From an uncultured delta proteobacterium (GTDB taxonomy: Bacteria > Desulfobacterota > Desulfomonilia > Desulfomonilales > Desulfomonilaceae), in contig CAWBKB010000005.1 of the NCBI GenBank assembly GCA_963789265.1, positions 480,001-544,000 of the forward strand: a stretch of 64,000 bases of DNA, in the 5' to 3' direction. The position numbers and the translations under genes are program-made. The notes beneath the pieces were generated by a model. That model was not told the DNA's origin. It did not search any database and saw only the letters and a list, made by a program, of their open reading frames with translations. Position 1 is the stretch's first letter, and each line of letters begins with the position of its first letter. Of the stretch, positions 1 to 10,097 are shown piece by piece.

Positions 1-403
1 GAAAAGGACCGTCGTGGCCGTACCCGGTTATGGACACGTAAATCAAACGGGGATTGCGGGCACTGAGGATGTCAAAGTTGAGTCCTAGACGCTCCATGGT
101 TCCGGGTCTGAATCCCTCGACCATGATATCGCAAACATCTACAAGTTTGAGGAAAAGTCTCTTTCCTTCGGGATGCTTGAGGTTCAGAGTCAGGCTCTTT
201 TTATTGCGGTTGACTGCCGCGAAGAACGGAGAATCCTCGCCTCCACCGAGAGCACGAGCGTAGTCGCCGCCCGCGGGGTTTTCCACCTTGATGACTTCCG
301 CCCCCAGGGAGGCAAGTAGCCATGTCATATAAGGACCCGGCAAGTTCATGCTTAGGTCCAGCACTTTGAGATCGGCAAGAGCCCGCAACATTTTGGCCAC
401 CAT
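1..403 (-). CDS. CaiB/BaiF family III CoA-transferase, N-terminal part (runs off window start)
   Basis: Manual minus-strand translation: MVAKMLRALADLKVLDLSMNLPGPYMTWLLASLGAEVIKVENPAGGD...NRNKKSLTLNLK...VEGFRPGTMERLGL...SITGYG, the CoA_transf_3 signature. Not in the ORF track. Confidence 0.88.
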   Translation of the reverse strand, partial: MVAKMLRALADLKVLDLSMNLPGPYMTWLLASLGAEVIKVENPAGGDYARALGGGEDSPFFAAVNRNKKSLTLNLKHPEGKRLFLKLVDVCDIMVEGFRPGTMERLGLNFDILSARNPRLIYVSITGYGHDGPF

Positions 404-476
404 CATTCCAAATTTAGATTACATGCGCCCGATTCTACGCCATTTCAGGCCATTCGGCAAAGCAGATTCCGTTGAA

Positions 477-1544
477 TCATAGGTCAGGCGTGGAAAACGC
501 AGTAAAGAGCGCCTCAACTAATATCTTCACCAGTCCGAAAAGTGTAGCGGCCCAAGCAATGAGGGCCACATAAATGAAATAGTGTGGGATTACTAATAAA
601 GCATCCAAGCCGATCACTTTTGACAAGTGGGCGGTACACGTCGTGTACATCCCCAATGGGAACACGAGGCTCCAATATTGGGGGGTGTAAGACAGTTTCA
701 CACCGCGAAACACGTGTCGCCAAAATTCCAATAAGACTAGAAGCGGTATCCACCAAGTTGCGAAAGCCCATAGGAGAACTGTTGAACCGACAATAAACGG
801 CAGTATAGGTCCTAAAAGTTCCGATCCAAGAGCATTGGAAGCCAACACAGCCCCTGCGAGCGTACTGATCGCGGCAGCACCCATATTAATCCAGTACTGT
901 GGATCAAACTCCTCCGGTTTCAAGGGAAAGAACATAAAGCGATGAAAAATTAGTGTGATAACAATCAAATACAGCATGCAGCCGATAAGATACATGCAAA
1001 ACGAAAAGAATAGAACTATTTTCTCCCAGCCGGCAAAGTACGAAACAATGCGGCCGCTTAATATGGATACCGACTGGGTGCTCACAATTGCAACCAGCCA
1101 CCCCCCGGTGATCCCGTCACCCAGGGTAGGCTTGTCAGCGCGGATCGCAAATGCTGTCATCACGGCATAGATAATGAGAACCCAGAGCCCCGCACCTATC
1201 ACCAAAAGCAGAGCCGCCAAATCTTGGTATCCCATCAAAAGGGTGAACTGCGTTCCAAGTATGCACGTTCCCGCGACCACGGTGAAATACCCCACGCCGC
1301 GCGTGTGGTCGTTCAGGTCAGCCACGAAACGTTCGGGGTAGAAAACCAGGCGGTAGAGATGGATCAGCCAAAGTACTATGTAAAATACGACGTTGAGCCA
1401 GAGCAACGGGAGTGAGAGGAACCCAAAACCGGTTAGATCCGAGGCAATCGAGACGATCCCGGTTGCCATAACCATGGCGAAATAGGCTGGGGGTAGATCG
1501 GCTATTACGGAGTTGAGATTCTCAGTCAATGCTGAATCGGGCAC
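477..1544 (-). CDS. TDT/SLAC1 (tellurite-resistance/C4-dicarboxylate transporter) family membrane protein
   Basis: About 10 hydrophobic segments; PAYFAMVMATGIVS, YWINMGAAAIS and YWSLVFPLGMY motifs; GTG start with upstream GAGG. Confidence 0.85.
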   Translation of the reverse strand: MPDSALTENLNSVIADLPPAYFAMVMATGIVSIASDLTGFGFLSLPLLWLNVVFYIVLWLIHLYRLVFYPERFVADLNDHTRGVGYFTVVAGTCILGTQFTLLMGYQDLAALLLVIGAGLWVLIIYAVMTAFAIRADKPTLGDGITGGWLVAIVSTQSVSILSGRIVSYFAGWEKIVLFFSFCMYLIGCMLYLIVITLIFHRFMFFPLKPEEFDPQYWINMGAAAISTLAGAVLASNALGSELLGPILPFIVGSTVLLWAFATWWIPLLVLLEFWRHVFRGVKLSYTPQYWSLVFPLGMYTTCTAHLSKVIGLDALLVIPHYFIYVALIAWAATLFGLVKILVEALFTAFSTPDL

Positions 1545-1618
1545 ACGATACCTCTGCTGTCAGGCCGCCGTTACGCGACCTTTCAATCTGCACCTTACAG
1601 ATAAGGCCAATCGGCTGC

Positions 1619-2302
1619 TCACAAAAGTTGGGCTTCTCTTCGGCGGAAGACAATGAAACTGCGTGCCAAATACGGGATAGGTACACTCCAAATGTGCACC
1701 AAGCGGCTGAATGGCGAAAAACCTAACAGGGCGAGTGCGGCGAGTATATGAACCTTATATGTCCAGGGAACACTAGCCATCAGATTCGGGTCGGGAGTGA
1801 AGGTCACTATCCCGCGTATCCAGGGTGCGATTGTATACAAAACTTTTGTCCCGTAGCCTCCCCAGAGGGCGTTATAGAGACCTAGGCTAACAACTACGAA
1901 GAGAAGGAAAAGGGTTACGAAGTCGTTGACAGAGGTATGGAGCATGACTCGTTTTCTGGTCAAACGACGCCCCAGCAAAAGGATGAGGCCGACCCACGCC
2001 AGAGGTCCAATAACTATCCCCACGGCAATAGCGACAAATTCATGTATTTTTGCAGTGATGCCAAACATATCGAGGACGTGCTGCGGAGTCAAAAGACCTG
2101 TCAAGTGGCCTAGAAAGGTGATGATTATCCCCCAGTGGAAGATTGTGATCCCGTATTTTAAGCTGTCCTTATCTAGAAGCTCGCTGGATTTAGAGTTCCA
2201 GTTATAAGGATCCGTAAAATAGCGATACGGGTGCCCAAGAACGAATATGGTCAACGCAATGTAAGGAAACGCCACGAATGCCAAAACATTCAAAGTATCC
2301 AT
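1619..2302 (-). CDS. narI: Respiratory nitrate reductase gamma subunit (cytochrome b)
   Basis: FHWGI...GH, HILAAL and PFSRLVHIWSVP motifs; position after narJ. Confidence 0.93.
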   Translation of the reverse strand: MDTLNVLAFVAFPYIALTIFVLGHPYRYFTDPYNWNSKSSELLDKDSLKYGITIFHWGIIITFLGHLTGLLTPQHVLDMFGITAKIHEFVAIAVGIVIGPLAWVGLILLLGRRLTRKRVMLHTSVNDFVTLFLLFVVVSLGLYNALWGGYGTKVLYTIAPWIRGIVTFTPDPNLMASVPWTYKVHILAALALLGFSPFSRLVHIWSVPIPYLARSFIVFRRREAQLL

Positions 2303-2305
2303 ATC

Positions 2306-2836
2306 TTACTCTCCTTCGCCGGTTAGCTCTCGAGCCGTCATTAAAAGCGCTTCAACGAGCCCGGCATAGGAACACCCTTCCTGCTCCCCAAGCCGAGAGG
2401 CTAAGTCGGAAATGTGGGTTTCATATTGTGCGAGTATCTTGAAGCGGGTCTCGCTACTGCAAACAGACAAGAACTCAAGAATCAAAGGGAGATAGTCGGG
2501 CAATTCCTTGGTGGACAACTCATAGCCCGCATCTTTGTAAAGTTGGATCAAACGAACCAGGGCGAACCCCCGCTCCCTGGATTCTCCACATTCGTGAAAT
2601 GTCATATTAAGGCAGGTCGAGGGATTGAGATCGAAGAGCCTCGTATACTCTTCCTGCAACCCAAGTAAAGTTATTGGTTCGACGCATGCTAAAAAATCAT
2701 TGCATTTCGCTTTCACAACCGAGTTGGAAAATCTGCTGACAAGATCGCTCAGCTCCTGATGATCTTCTATGAGTCTCTCATCCGGATAGCTAAGCAAGGC
2801 CGAAAGGACTTTGAAAACGGAACGGGACTCTTCCAT
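2306..2836 (-). CDS. narJ: Nitrate reductase molybdenum-cofactor assembly chaperone
   Basis: LLSYP, QEEYTRLFD and ELPDYLPLILEF motifs. Start placed at ATG 2836 (GGGAG RBS); the longer ORF-track start runs into an intergenic repeat. Confidence 0.88.
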   Translation of the reverse strand: MEESRSVFKVLSALLSYPDERLIEDHQELSDLVSRFSNSVVKAKCNDFLACVEPITLLGLQEEYTRLFDLNPSTCLNMTFHECGESRERGFALVRLIQLYKDAGYELSTKELPDYLPLILEFLSVCSSETRFKILAQYETHISDLASRLGEQEGCSYAGLVEALLMTARELTGEGE

Positions 2837-2890
2837 TGCTCCCGACTCATCCTCTCCAAAAGTAGTAATGGTGCAATCAGTCATTTGACA

Positions 2891-3077
2891 CCGATTCGCT
2901 TTCAAACAAGTGATATGGGCCGATAGCAAACGGCACTGACCTGGCGCCATGATGGCGCTCAGGTCAGTGGCACCCAACATCCGGTCAAGATCGGGTCCTG
3001 GGTGCCACGGATCTGGGCTCTGTCAGATCCGTGCTGTATTTCCTCGATTGTTCACCGTTTGATCGCGCACTGGTATG
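2891..3077 (+). repeat. ~190-bp triple-hairpin dispersed repeat, copy A (inside nar operon)
   Basis: Hairpins CACTGACCTG..CAGGTCAGTG, GCACCCA..TGGGTGC and CACGGATC..GATCCGTG; homologous to 37063-37202 (reverse) and 50831-51035. Confidence 0.8.
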
Positions 3078-3132
3078 ACACCTAATAACTTCGGTAGAGC
3101 AGCACGCGGCCGTCAATTTTGCCAAGGTTAAT

Positions 3133-4557
3133 TCACTGTTCAGGAAAACCCAATGTACCTTGTGCTCGATGCAGGTCTTCCGTATCTTCCCTTTTAACTG
3201 TAGGAATTACGTAGCGATCTTCGCGCTTTGCAATTGAAAGGAGGCGGAACATCTCGTCGGCCGACGCTGACGTCAGCCCTACTTCTTCCAGCACAGATAG
3301 GTCGGGATTACTTTCGACTCGAATGGAACGTCTGTACGCGCGCAGTGCCTGCAGCCTTTTGAGCGCCATTCTCACGGGAGCCTCATCTCCCGCTGTTAGC
3401 AGATTGGCCAGGTAAGTCACGGGAATTCGCATAGCATCAGGTTCCTGTGGCCAGGTCTTGGTTCCTTCCGAGGTTCGCACTAATGGGCTCAAGGGAGGTA
3501 CGTACCAGACCATGGGAAGCGTCCGAAATTCCGGATGAGGAGGGAACGCGAGCTTCCATTTCACTGCCAGTTTGTAAACGGGGGAAGCTTGAGCCGAGGC
3601 AATCCAACTTTCCTGAATTCCGTCCGATAGTGCAGTTCCTATGACATCCGGGTCGTATGGATCCAGCAGCATTTCCAGGTGCGCCTGATAAACCTGCCTA
3701 TCATCGGGCACAGCAGCGGCTGCCTTGATTTTGTCCGCATCGTACAATAGCACGCCGATGTACCTGATACGCCCGACGCACGACTCCGCGCATAGTGTCG
3801 GTAATCCCGCCTCTATTCTTGGGTAACAAAGGAGACATTTCTCTGATCTGCCCGCCCGCCAATTATAATAGACTTTTTTGTACGGGCATCCGGAAACACA
3901 ATAACGCCATCCCCGGCACCGCTCCTGATCCACGAGCACAATCCCATCTTCGTTTCGCTTGTAAAGCGCGCCCGACGGACATGAAGCTATGCAACCTGCA
4001 TTCAAGCAATGCTCACAGATCCTGGGAAGATAGAACATGAATACCTGCTTAAATTGGAGATAAGCCGCATAATCCAGGTTCTTGAAGTTCACGTCCCCGG
4101 GCCCGGTTTTCGTCACTCCGGCCAAATCATCCTCCCAGTTCGGACCCCAAACGATCTCCATGTTGTCGCCGGTGAGCAAAGATTTGGCTCGTGCTGCAGG
4201 CTGGTTTGAGCCTAACGGGCTGGAAACCAGCTTTTCGTAATCATAAGTCCAAGGCTCGTAGTAATCGTCGATATGCGGGAGATCAGGATTGTGGAATATT
4301 TTCACAAACTTCTCGAAGCGCTCACCGGCACGCAGGCGCAGCTTGCTATTTTTCACCTCCCAGCCGCCTCGATGAAGCTCCTGGTTCTCCCATTTCTTGG
4401 GGTAGCCAATGCCTGGCTTGCTCTCCACATTGTTGAACCACATATATTCTGTCCCGACACGGCTGGTCCACACATGCTTGCACGGAATACTGCACGTATG
4501 GCATCCAATGCATTTATCGAGGTTCATGACCATAGCCATCTGAGCTTTAATCTTCAT
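3133..4557 (-). CDS. narH: Respiratory nitrate reductase beta subunit
   Basis: MKIKAQMAMVMNLDKCIGCHTCS, PRICEHCLN, CRGWRYCVSGCPYKK and KCLLCYPR Fe-S motifs. Confidence 0.96.
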   Translation of the reverse strand: MKIKAQMAMVMNLDKCIGCHTCSIPCKHVWTSRVGTEYMWFNNVESKPGIGYPKKWENQELHRGGWEVKNSKLRLRAGERFEKFVKIFHNPDLPHIDDYYEPWTYDYEKLVSSPLGSNQPAARAKSLLTGDNMEIVWGPNWEDDLAGVTKTGPGDVNFKNLDYAAYLQFKQVFMFYLPRICEHCLNAGCIASCPSGALYKRNEDGIVLVDQERCRGWRYCVSGCPYKKVYYNWRAGRSEKCLLCYPRIEAGLPTLCAESCVGRIRYIGVLLYDADKIKAAAAVPDDRQVYQAHLEMLLDPYDPDVIGTALSDGIQESWIASAQASPVYKLAVKWKLAFPPHPEFRTLPMVWYVPPLSPLVRTSEGTKTWPQEPDAMRIPVTYLANLLTAGDEAPVRMALKRLQALRAYRRSIRVESNPDLSVLEEVGLTSASADEMFRLLSIAKREDRYVIPTVKREDTEDLHRAQGTLGFPEQ

Positions 4558-7500
4558 ACCATTCCACCTCGCGCGCTTTGCGCACAACAATTATTGTGTC
4601 TCGTTGAGCGCCTGTAGGTCCGTAATAGTTAAAATCGTAGCTAAATTGCGCGTAGCCCCCAATCATGTGGGTCGGTTTCACCATGATCCTCGTAACACTA
4701 TTGTGCATGCCTCTTGTGTGTTTAGAAAGCCCGGAGCCGGGACTGTCGAATATCCGCTCCTGCGCGTGGTACATCATGGCCTTTCCACGAGGGATTCGGT
4801 GGCTCACTACAGCCCTGGCCAGAACCACTCCATGCACGTTGAAACACTCCAGCCAGTCATTGTCTTCAGCGCTGATTTCGGATGCATCCTCATTGTTGAT
4901 CCATATAGCTTTTCCACCGCGGAAAAGGGTCGTCATGATGTAGTCTTCAGAGTACATGGAGTGTATTGACCATTTTGAGTGAGGGCTCAGATAGTTCAGG
5001 ACAATTTCCTTGCCTCTCTCCCGGTTCACGTCGGTCTCGCCCAGAGCCTTGAGGTCGACCGGCGGACGGAATAGGGGCAAGCCTTCCCCAAAAGTCAGCA
5101 TCCACTCGTGGTCGTGATAAAATTGCGCCCTGCCGGTGAGGGTTCGAAACGGAAGCTTCTCTTCAATATTGATGACAAAAGCGGAATATGTCCTGTGTTC
5201 AGCTTCGATGCCGCTCCAGATGGGAGAAGTTATGACTTTGCGCGGCTGGTCCGTAATATCTGCAAAACTGAATTTTTCGCCCTGTCTTGGCCTGCTCAAG
5301 TGATTGAGACTGAGCCCGGATTTCTTCTCCACCCCTGCCCAGGATTTGACCGCGACGTTTCCATTGGTCTCCGGTGCAAGAGTCAAAATAGCTTGGGCCA
5401 CCTGTTTCCCGGTTTCCAAGCGAGGCATGCCCTGGCTCACTCCAGGCTCTTTAACGATCCCAAGCTTCGCCTTCAATTCAGAATGCTCTTCGGCGCCATT
5501 CCATAATACCCCTTTGACTCCTATGGTCGCGTCAGCGACAAGTGGCCCCATAGAGGTCATCATTTTGTAAACATTAGGAAAGTCTCTGGTTATCACCGAG
5601 AGATTCGGCATGGTCTTTCCTGGAATTGGTTCAGCCTCTCCCTTTTTCCAATCTTTGACGCTGGATTGGGCAATTTCTCCGGGGGAATCGTGAAGCAAGG
5701 GGGTTGCCACCAAGTCTTTCTGCGAGCCAAGATGCTCAGCCGCCAATTCGGAGAATTTTTGCGCGATGGCCTTGAATTGATCCCAATCGGTTTTGGCTTC
5801 CCAGGGAGGATCTATCGCGGGGGTAAATGGATGAATGAATGGATGAAGATCGGTGGTGCTCAGATCGTGAGTCTCGTACCAGGTTGCCGCGGGCAGTGCT
5901 ACATCGGCAAATAGTGCGCTTGTAGACATCCTGAAGTCGAGTGTTACGAGCAGGTCGAGCTTCCCCTCGGGCGCAGGCTCCCTCCAGAAAAGCTCCTCGG
6001 TTCTTTTTTCACTTTCCGAGCCCAACACCGAATTGTCTGTCCCCAGCAGGTGCTTCATGAAATACTCGTGCCCTTTGCCGCTGGAGCCCAGGACATTCGC
6101 ACGCCAGAAAAATTGCACACGAGGGAAATTATCCGGACTGTCCGCGTCTTCGGCAGCGAATTTGACTTCGCCGCTCTTGACCTTTTTCACCACGTTAGCG
6201 ACGATCTCCTCGTCCGATCCGGCTCCTTGCTTGATTGCTTCTCGGCAGAGCTCCAGAGGGTTGCGATCGAATTGCGGATAGAAAGGAAGCCACCCAAGCC
6301 TCGCCGCGATGACGTTGCAATCTGCAGGATGTCGGGGCACTTCTCGGTTTGCCAGCGGTGAGGCCAAGGTTCTGAGGTCCAGCGCATCATACCGCCACTG
6401 ATCGCTTGCAAAATAAAAATAGGACGTCCCGTTCTGCCGCCTTGGCGGACGAATCCAATCCAGTCCGAAGGCCACCGTGGCCCAGCCTGCCATCGGACGG
6501 ACTTTCTCCTGACCGGTGTAATGGGCCCAGCCGCCGCCGCTGACTCCCTGACAGCCACATAACGTGGTGAGATTGAGGATCGTCCTGTACGTCATGTCAC
6601 TGTGGAACCAGTGGTTCGATCCAGAACCCGAGGAGAATCATTGACTTGCCATGGGTTTTCTCGGCATTTTCGGCGAATTCCCGTGCAACGCGTATCGCAT
6701 CTTCCCTGGGCACGCCGGTTATCGACTCCTGCCACGCGGGCGTGTAAGGCACGGCATCGTCGTAACTGCTTGCGACCTGGCCTCCGTGACCTCGATCCAC
6801 ACCGACATGCGCGATCATAAGATCGAAGACCGTAGTAACCAGGATTCCCCGGCCTCCGCGATTAATCTTCTTGACCGGGACGGTTCCGACCTTCACTGCT
6901 GGTCCATCGAACTCGAATAGTGGAAATCCCACTGATACCCAACTTTCGTTATCTTCCGCGAAGCTAAGCAGAGGATCTACATCCGAGCCGGCCACGGAAT
7001 CCTGAGCCCGCAGATTCCATCGGCCTTCTTCATTCCAACGAAAACCTATGCTCCCGTTGGGGACGACGAATTTGCGGCTGTCAGCATCGAAATAAACTGT
7101 CTTCCACTCCGCATTGTTGAGTTCGAGACCCAGATCGGAGGCCCGAAGGAAGCGGTCGGAAACGAACTGCTCCCCCTCTTGCTTCAAGATGACTGCAAAG
7201 GGGAGATCGGTAAATGTTTTGGCGTAGGAAGTGAAGTAGTCTGACTGCCGATCGATGTAGAATTCTCTAAGGATCACAAAGGTCATGGCCATTGCCAGGG
7301 CTGAATCCGTTCCTGCTTTCGCGGGGAGCCAGATGTCTGCAAACTTCACGTATTCTGCATAGTCCGGTGCCACAGCCACTGTTTTGGTCCCTGCGTATCG
7401 TCCTTCCGAGTAAAAATGAGCGTCCGGCGACCGGGTCATGGGGACGTTTGTGCCCCAAACAATGAGATAACCAGCCTGGTACCAATCCGCGCTTTCAGGG

Positions 7501-8241
7501 ACGTCCGTCTGCTCTCCCCATACTTGAGGCGATGCTGCTGGCAAGTCTGAATACCAATCGTAAAAGCTGCACATCGCGCCCCCGATCAGCGAAATGAACC
7601 GCGCCCCCGAGGAATAGCCGACCATCGACATTGCAGGGATCGGCGTAAAACCGAAAATCCTGTCCGGCCCGTATTTCTTGATCGTATAAATGAGCGCTGC
7701 CGCTATCAGAGTGGTTGCCTCGTCCAGACTTGCACGCACGAATCCGCCCTTGCCTCTGGCCCGCTGATAAGTTTTTCTCTTGGCCTCGTCCTCCACAATG
7801 CTCTGCCACGCTGAGACAGGATCAGGCTGAGACTTGAGAGCTTCTCGCCACATTTCCAGCAGAACTGAACGGATATAAGGATATTTAAGTCGGTGCGGGC
7901 TGTACGTATACCACGAGAAAGTGGCTCCTCTCGGACAGCCTCTGGGCTCGTGGTCGGGCAGATCCGGACCGCACCCGGGGTAATCCCTTCTCTGGACTTC
8001 CCACACGATGATCCCGTCTTTGACAAACACGTCCCAGGAGCAGGAGCCCGTGCAGTTAACGCCGTGAGTGGAGCGGACTTTCTTATCGGTCCTGCCATCT
8101 TCTGCGGTAAAAATCTTCCCACTCTCGCTCTCCGCAGAGTACCTCTGCCCAATTCTCCGCAACTTTTTCCGTGCGGCATTGTTGATTTTGATTTACGGGT
8201 CGAAGGAAGTTCAGGAACGACATAGCATTTCTTCTTGGCAT
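4547..8241 (-). CDS. narG: Respiratory nitrate reductase alpha subunit, two apparent frameshifts (~8090, ~6630)
   Basis: Three consecutive pieces join up: EREWEDFYRRRWQ, then STHGVNCTGSCSW...EPRGCPRG...SFYDWYSDLP, then GGGWAHYTGQEK...YYGPTG. No Tat signal seen. Each break is fixed by removing one G. Confidence 0.93.
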
Positions 8242-8368
8242 TGCTTCCCCCAATATTAATTGGCGCTGGAGACTACAGGCTACAATATTGTAAGTGTCGA
8301 GAAAAGACCCCAGATTTATTCGCGGTTGCGTCCCAATCTTTTCTGCGCTACTAAGTTTGATTACAAAA

Positions 8369-8767
8369 TCAGATCCTGTTCTCCGAGATCATCACTCGCT
8401 TTGCAGCTTCAAGCAAAAAAGCGGATCTGGACATGTTGTGTCGCCGAGCATAATCGTCAATCGCCTCCAGCTCATTTTTCGGCAACGTAATGTTAACTCT
8501 TTTGGTCTTGTTATCCGGCACGGTGACGAGGAAGGGTACCGCACCGGCGTTGGCGGAGTCAGACATGATATCGTCCAGAGAACTGGGTGTAGGAATAGGA
8601 TCTCCGTCTTCAATCATACCCTTGATATGGAACTTCAAAACCTCCGAAGCTCTTCTGTGAGCTTCGTCCAGAGATTCTCCTGCGGTAATGCACCCCGGGA
8701 AGTCAGGGAAATCAACCCCAAAATCGCTGCCATTTTCTTTACGAAGCAGCGCTATATAAGTTGCCAT
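8369..8767 (-). CDS. hicB: HicB-family antitoxin with C-terminal ribbon-helix-helix
   Basis: FGVDFPDFPGCITAGESLDEA and KRVNITLP...SRSAFL motifs. Confidence 0.9.
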   Translation of the reverse strand: MATYIALLRKENGSDFGVDFPDFPGCITAGESLDEAHRRASEVLKFHIKGMIEDGDPIPTPSSLDDIMSDSANAGAVPFLVTVPDNKTKRVNITLPKNELEAIDDYARRHNMSRSAFLLEAAKRVMISENRI

Positions 8768-8769
8768 TT

Positions 8770-8987
8770 TTATGTCCTTTTCAGTGCTTTAATATTTTCC
8801 CTGAGTGTAAGCCCTGATTGTCGTCTTATGCTGCTGAGCGTCCCTTCAGGGATGTCTTTAACCGGGTGTGTGACGGTCTCACTCGACCGGGTTTCGTAGG
8901 GTGTTTAAACTGAAGGTGATCGCCTTCCCGGGCGACCTGGAACCAACCGTCGGCCTTGATCCGTTTTATCACTTCCCGACTGTCCAT
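8770..8987 (-). CDS. hicA: HicA-family mRNA interferase toxin, apparent frameshift ~8878
   Basis: MDSREVIKRIKADGWFQVAREGDHLQFKHPTKPGRV continues in another frame as TVTHPVKDIPEGTLSSIRRQSGL. Confidence 0.85.
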
Positions 8988-8993
8988 TAGTTC

Positions 8994-9021
8994 AGTATAC
9001 ACACCTATACACATCATGCAA
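8994..9021 (-). promoter_or_regulatory. sigma70-type promoter of hicAB
   Basis: Minus strand TTGCAT-16 nt-TATACT ending 6 nt before the hicA ATG; GTGTATA repeated twice across the spacer and -10. Confidence 0.55.
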
Positions 9022-9216
9022 GACGCCACAGAGTACGTTCGTGAGAATACCTACCGAAATTCTGCGCACCTCATACTCAACTTGCTCCCCAGGTCGAGAT
9101 TTGAGTAAGTGCACTCCAGATTTCCGTATTTCAGTTTGAGCAAAAGTAGCAAGCCAGAGCAGCTAATGTTAAATAAAAACGCCCATCTTAATAGATAGTT
9201 AGTACACTTTTTTCTC

Positions 9217-9259
9217 TTGACTCTTGCATTGAGCAGCGATAGAATCTGTCGTCAGATTC
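9217..9259 (+). promoter_or_regulatory. sigma70 promoter with overlapping palindromic operator, probably for the TetR regulator
   Basis: TTGACT (9217)-17 nt-TAGAAT (9240); inverted repeat GAATCTG-tcgt-CAGATTC at 9242-9259. Confidence 0.7.
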
Positions 9260-9287
9260 AGAATATTGCCTCTGACGGAGAAGCGAA

Positions 9288-9938
9288 ATGAATAATTTCC
9301 TGTTTGCTGAGGTGAACAGAGAACTTGAAAACCTTCCGCGTCGGGAGCGAGAAAATTTGCGACAGCGCGGGGAAATACTTCAGACTTCTCTGAAACTCTT
9401 CTCTGAGAAGAGGTATCACGACGTCTCCATGCACGAGATCGCGAAGAAAGCTGAATTCGGAATCGGAACCATATATAAATTTTTTGTCAATAAGGAGGAC
9501 TTATACAGGGTCCTGATTATGGAAACCGCAGAAAAATGGCACCATGCCGTCGTACAGGCTCTCGAACAGGAACGAAATCCCCTCCGAGCCATTAAGAGAT
9601 ACATAATCGTCCAACGGGAACTGTTCTTTAGCAATCTGCCGGTTGTGCGCCTGTATTATGCCGAAACCAAAGGGGCGAGTTTCAACGCGAAAGCCGGTTT
9701 CGACCAAGATCTTCTTAAGCTTCGCGACGAACGCATTAGGAAATTGGCCTCAGTTTTTGAGACAGGCATTAAAGAGAACGTTTTCCGGGATGTCGATCCT
9801 TATCACATGGCTTTGGCGCTTCATGGAATCATCGACGCTTTTCTTTTCCGGATGATAGAAGATCCGGCCCGATTTCGAAAAGGGGACGAGCTGTCAGGTG
9901 CCGCAGATATTTTTCTAAGAGGGGCACTGAGCAAATGA
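9288..9938 (+). CDS. TetR/AcrR family transcriptional regulator
   Basis: HTH region SMHEIAKKAEFGIGTIYKFFVNKEDLY; lies upstream of the RND genes. Confidence 0.92.
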   Translation: MNNFLFAEVNRELENLPRRERENLRQRGEILQTSLKLFSEKRYHDVSMHEIAKKAEFGIGTIYKFFVNKEDLYRVLIMETAEKWHHAVVQALEQERNPLRAIKRYIIVQRELFFSNLPVVRLYYAETKGASFNAKAGFDQDLLKLRDERIRKLASVFETGIKENVFRDVDPYHMALALHGIIDAFLFRMIEDPARFRKGDELSGAADIFLRGALSK

Positions 9939-10097
9939 GAGGCCATTTAAGGTAGACCCTATCACCTCACCCCGGAATCCAAGCCAGGGAACGGCGTGAC
10001 GTGTGTCTTCACCATTCCGCATCGGATGGTTTTGGGCTCTTAAACGGGAATCGGACTTGCAAGCATAAGCGGCTTATCATAGGCATTTGCGAGGTCT

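Noticed and set aside
4547..8241. narG and other split genes as true pseudogenes or programmed frameshifts
   Set aside because: The indels are spread across unrelated genes, show no shared slippery motif and come with no other decay. Sequencing error is the simpler explanation.
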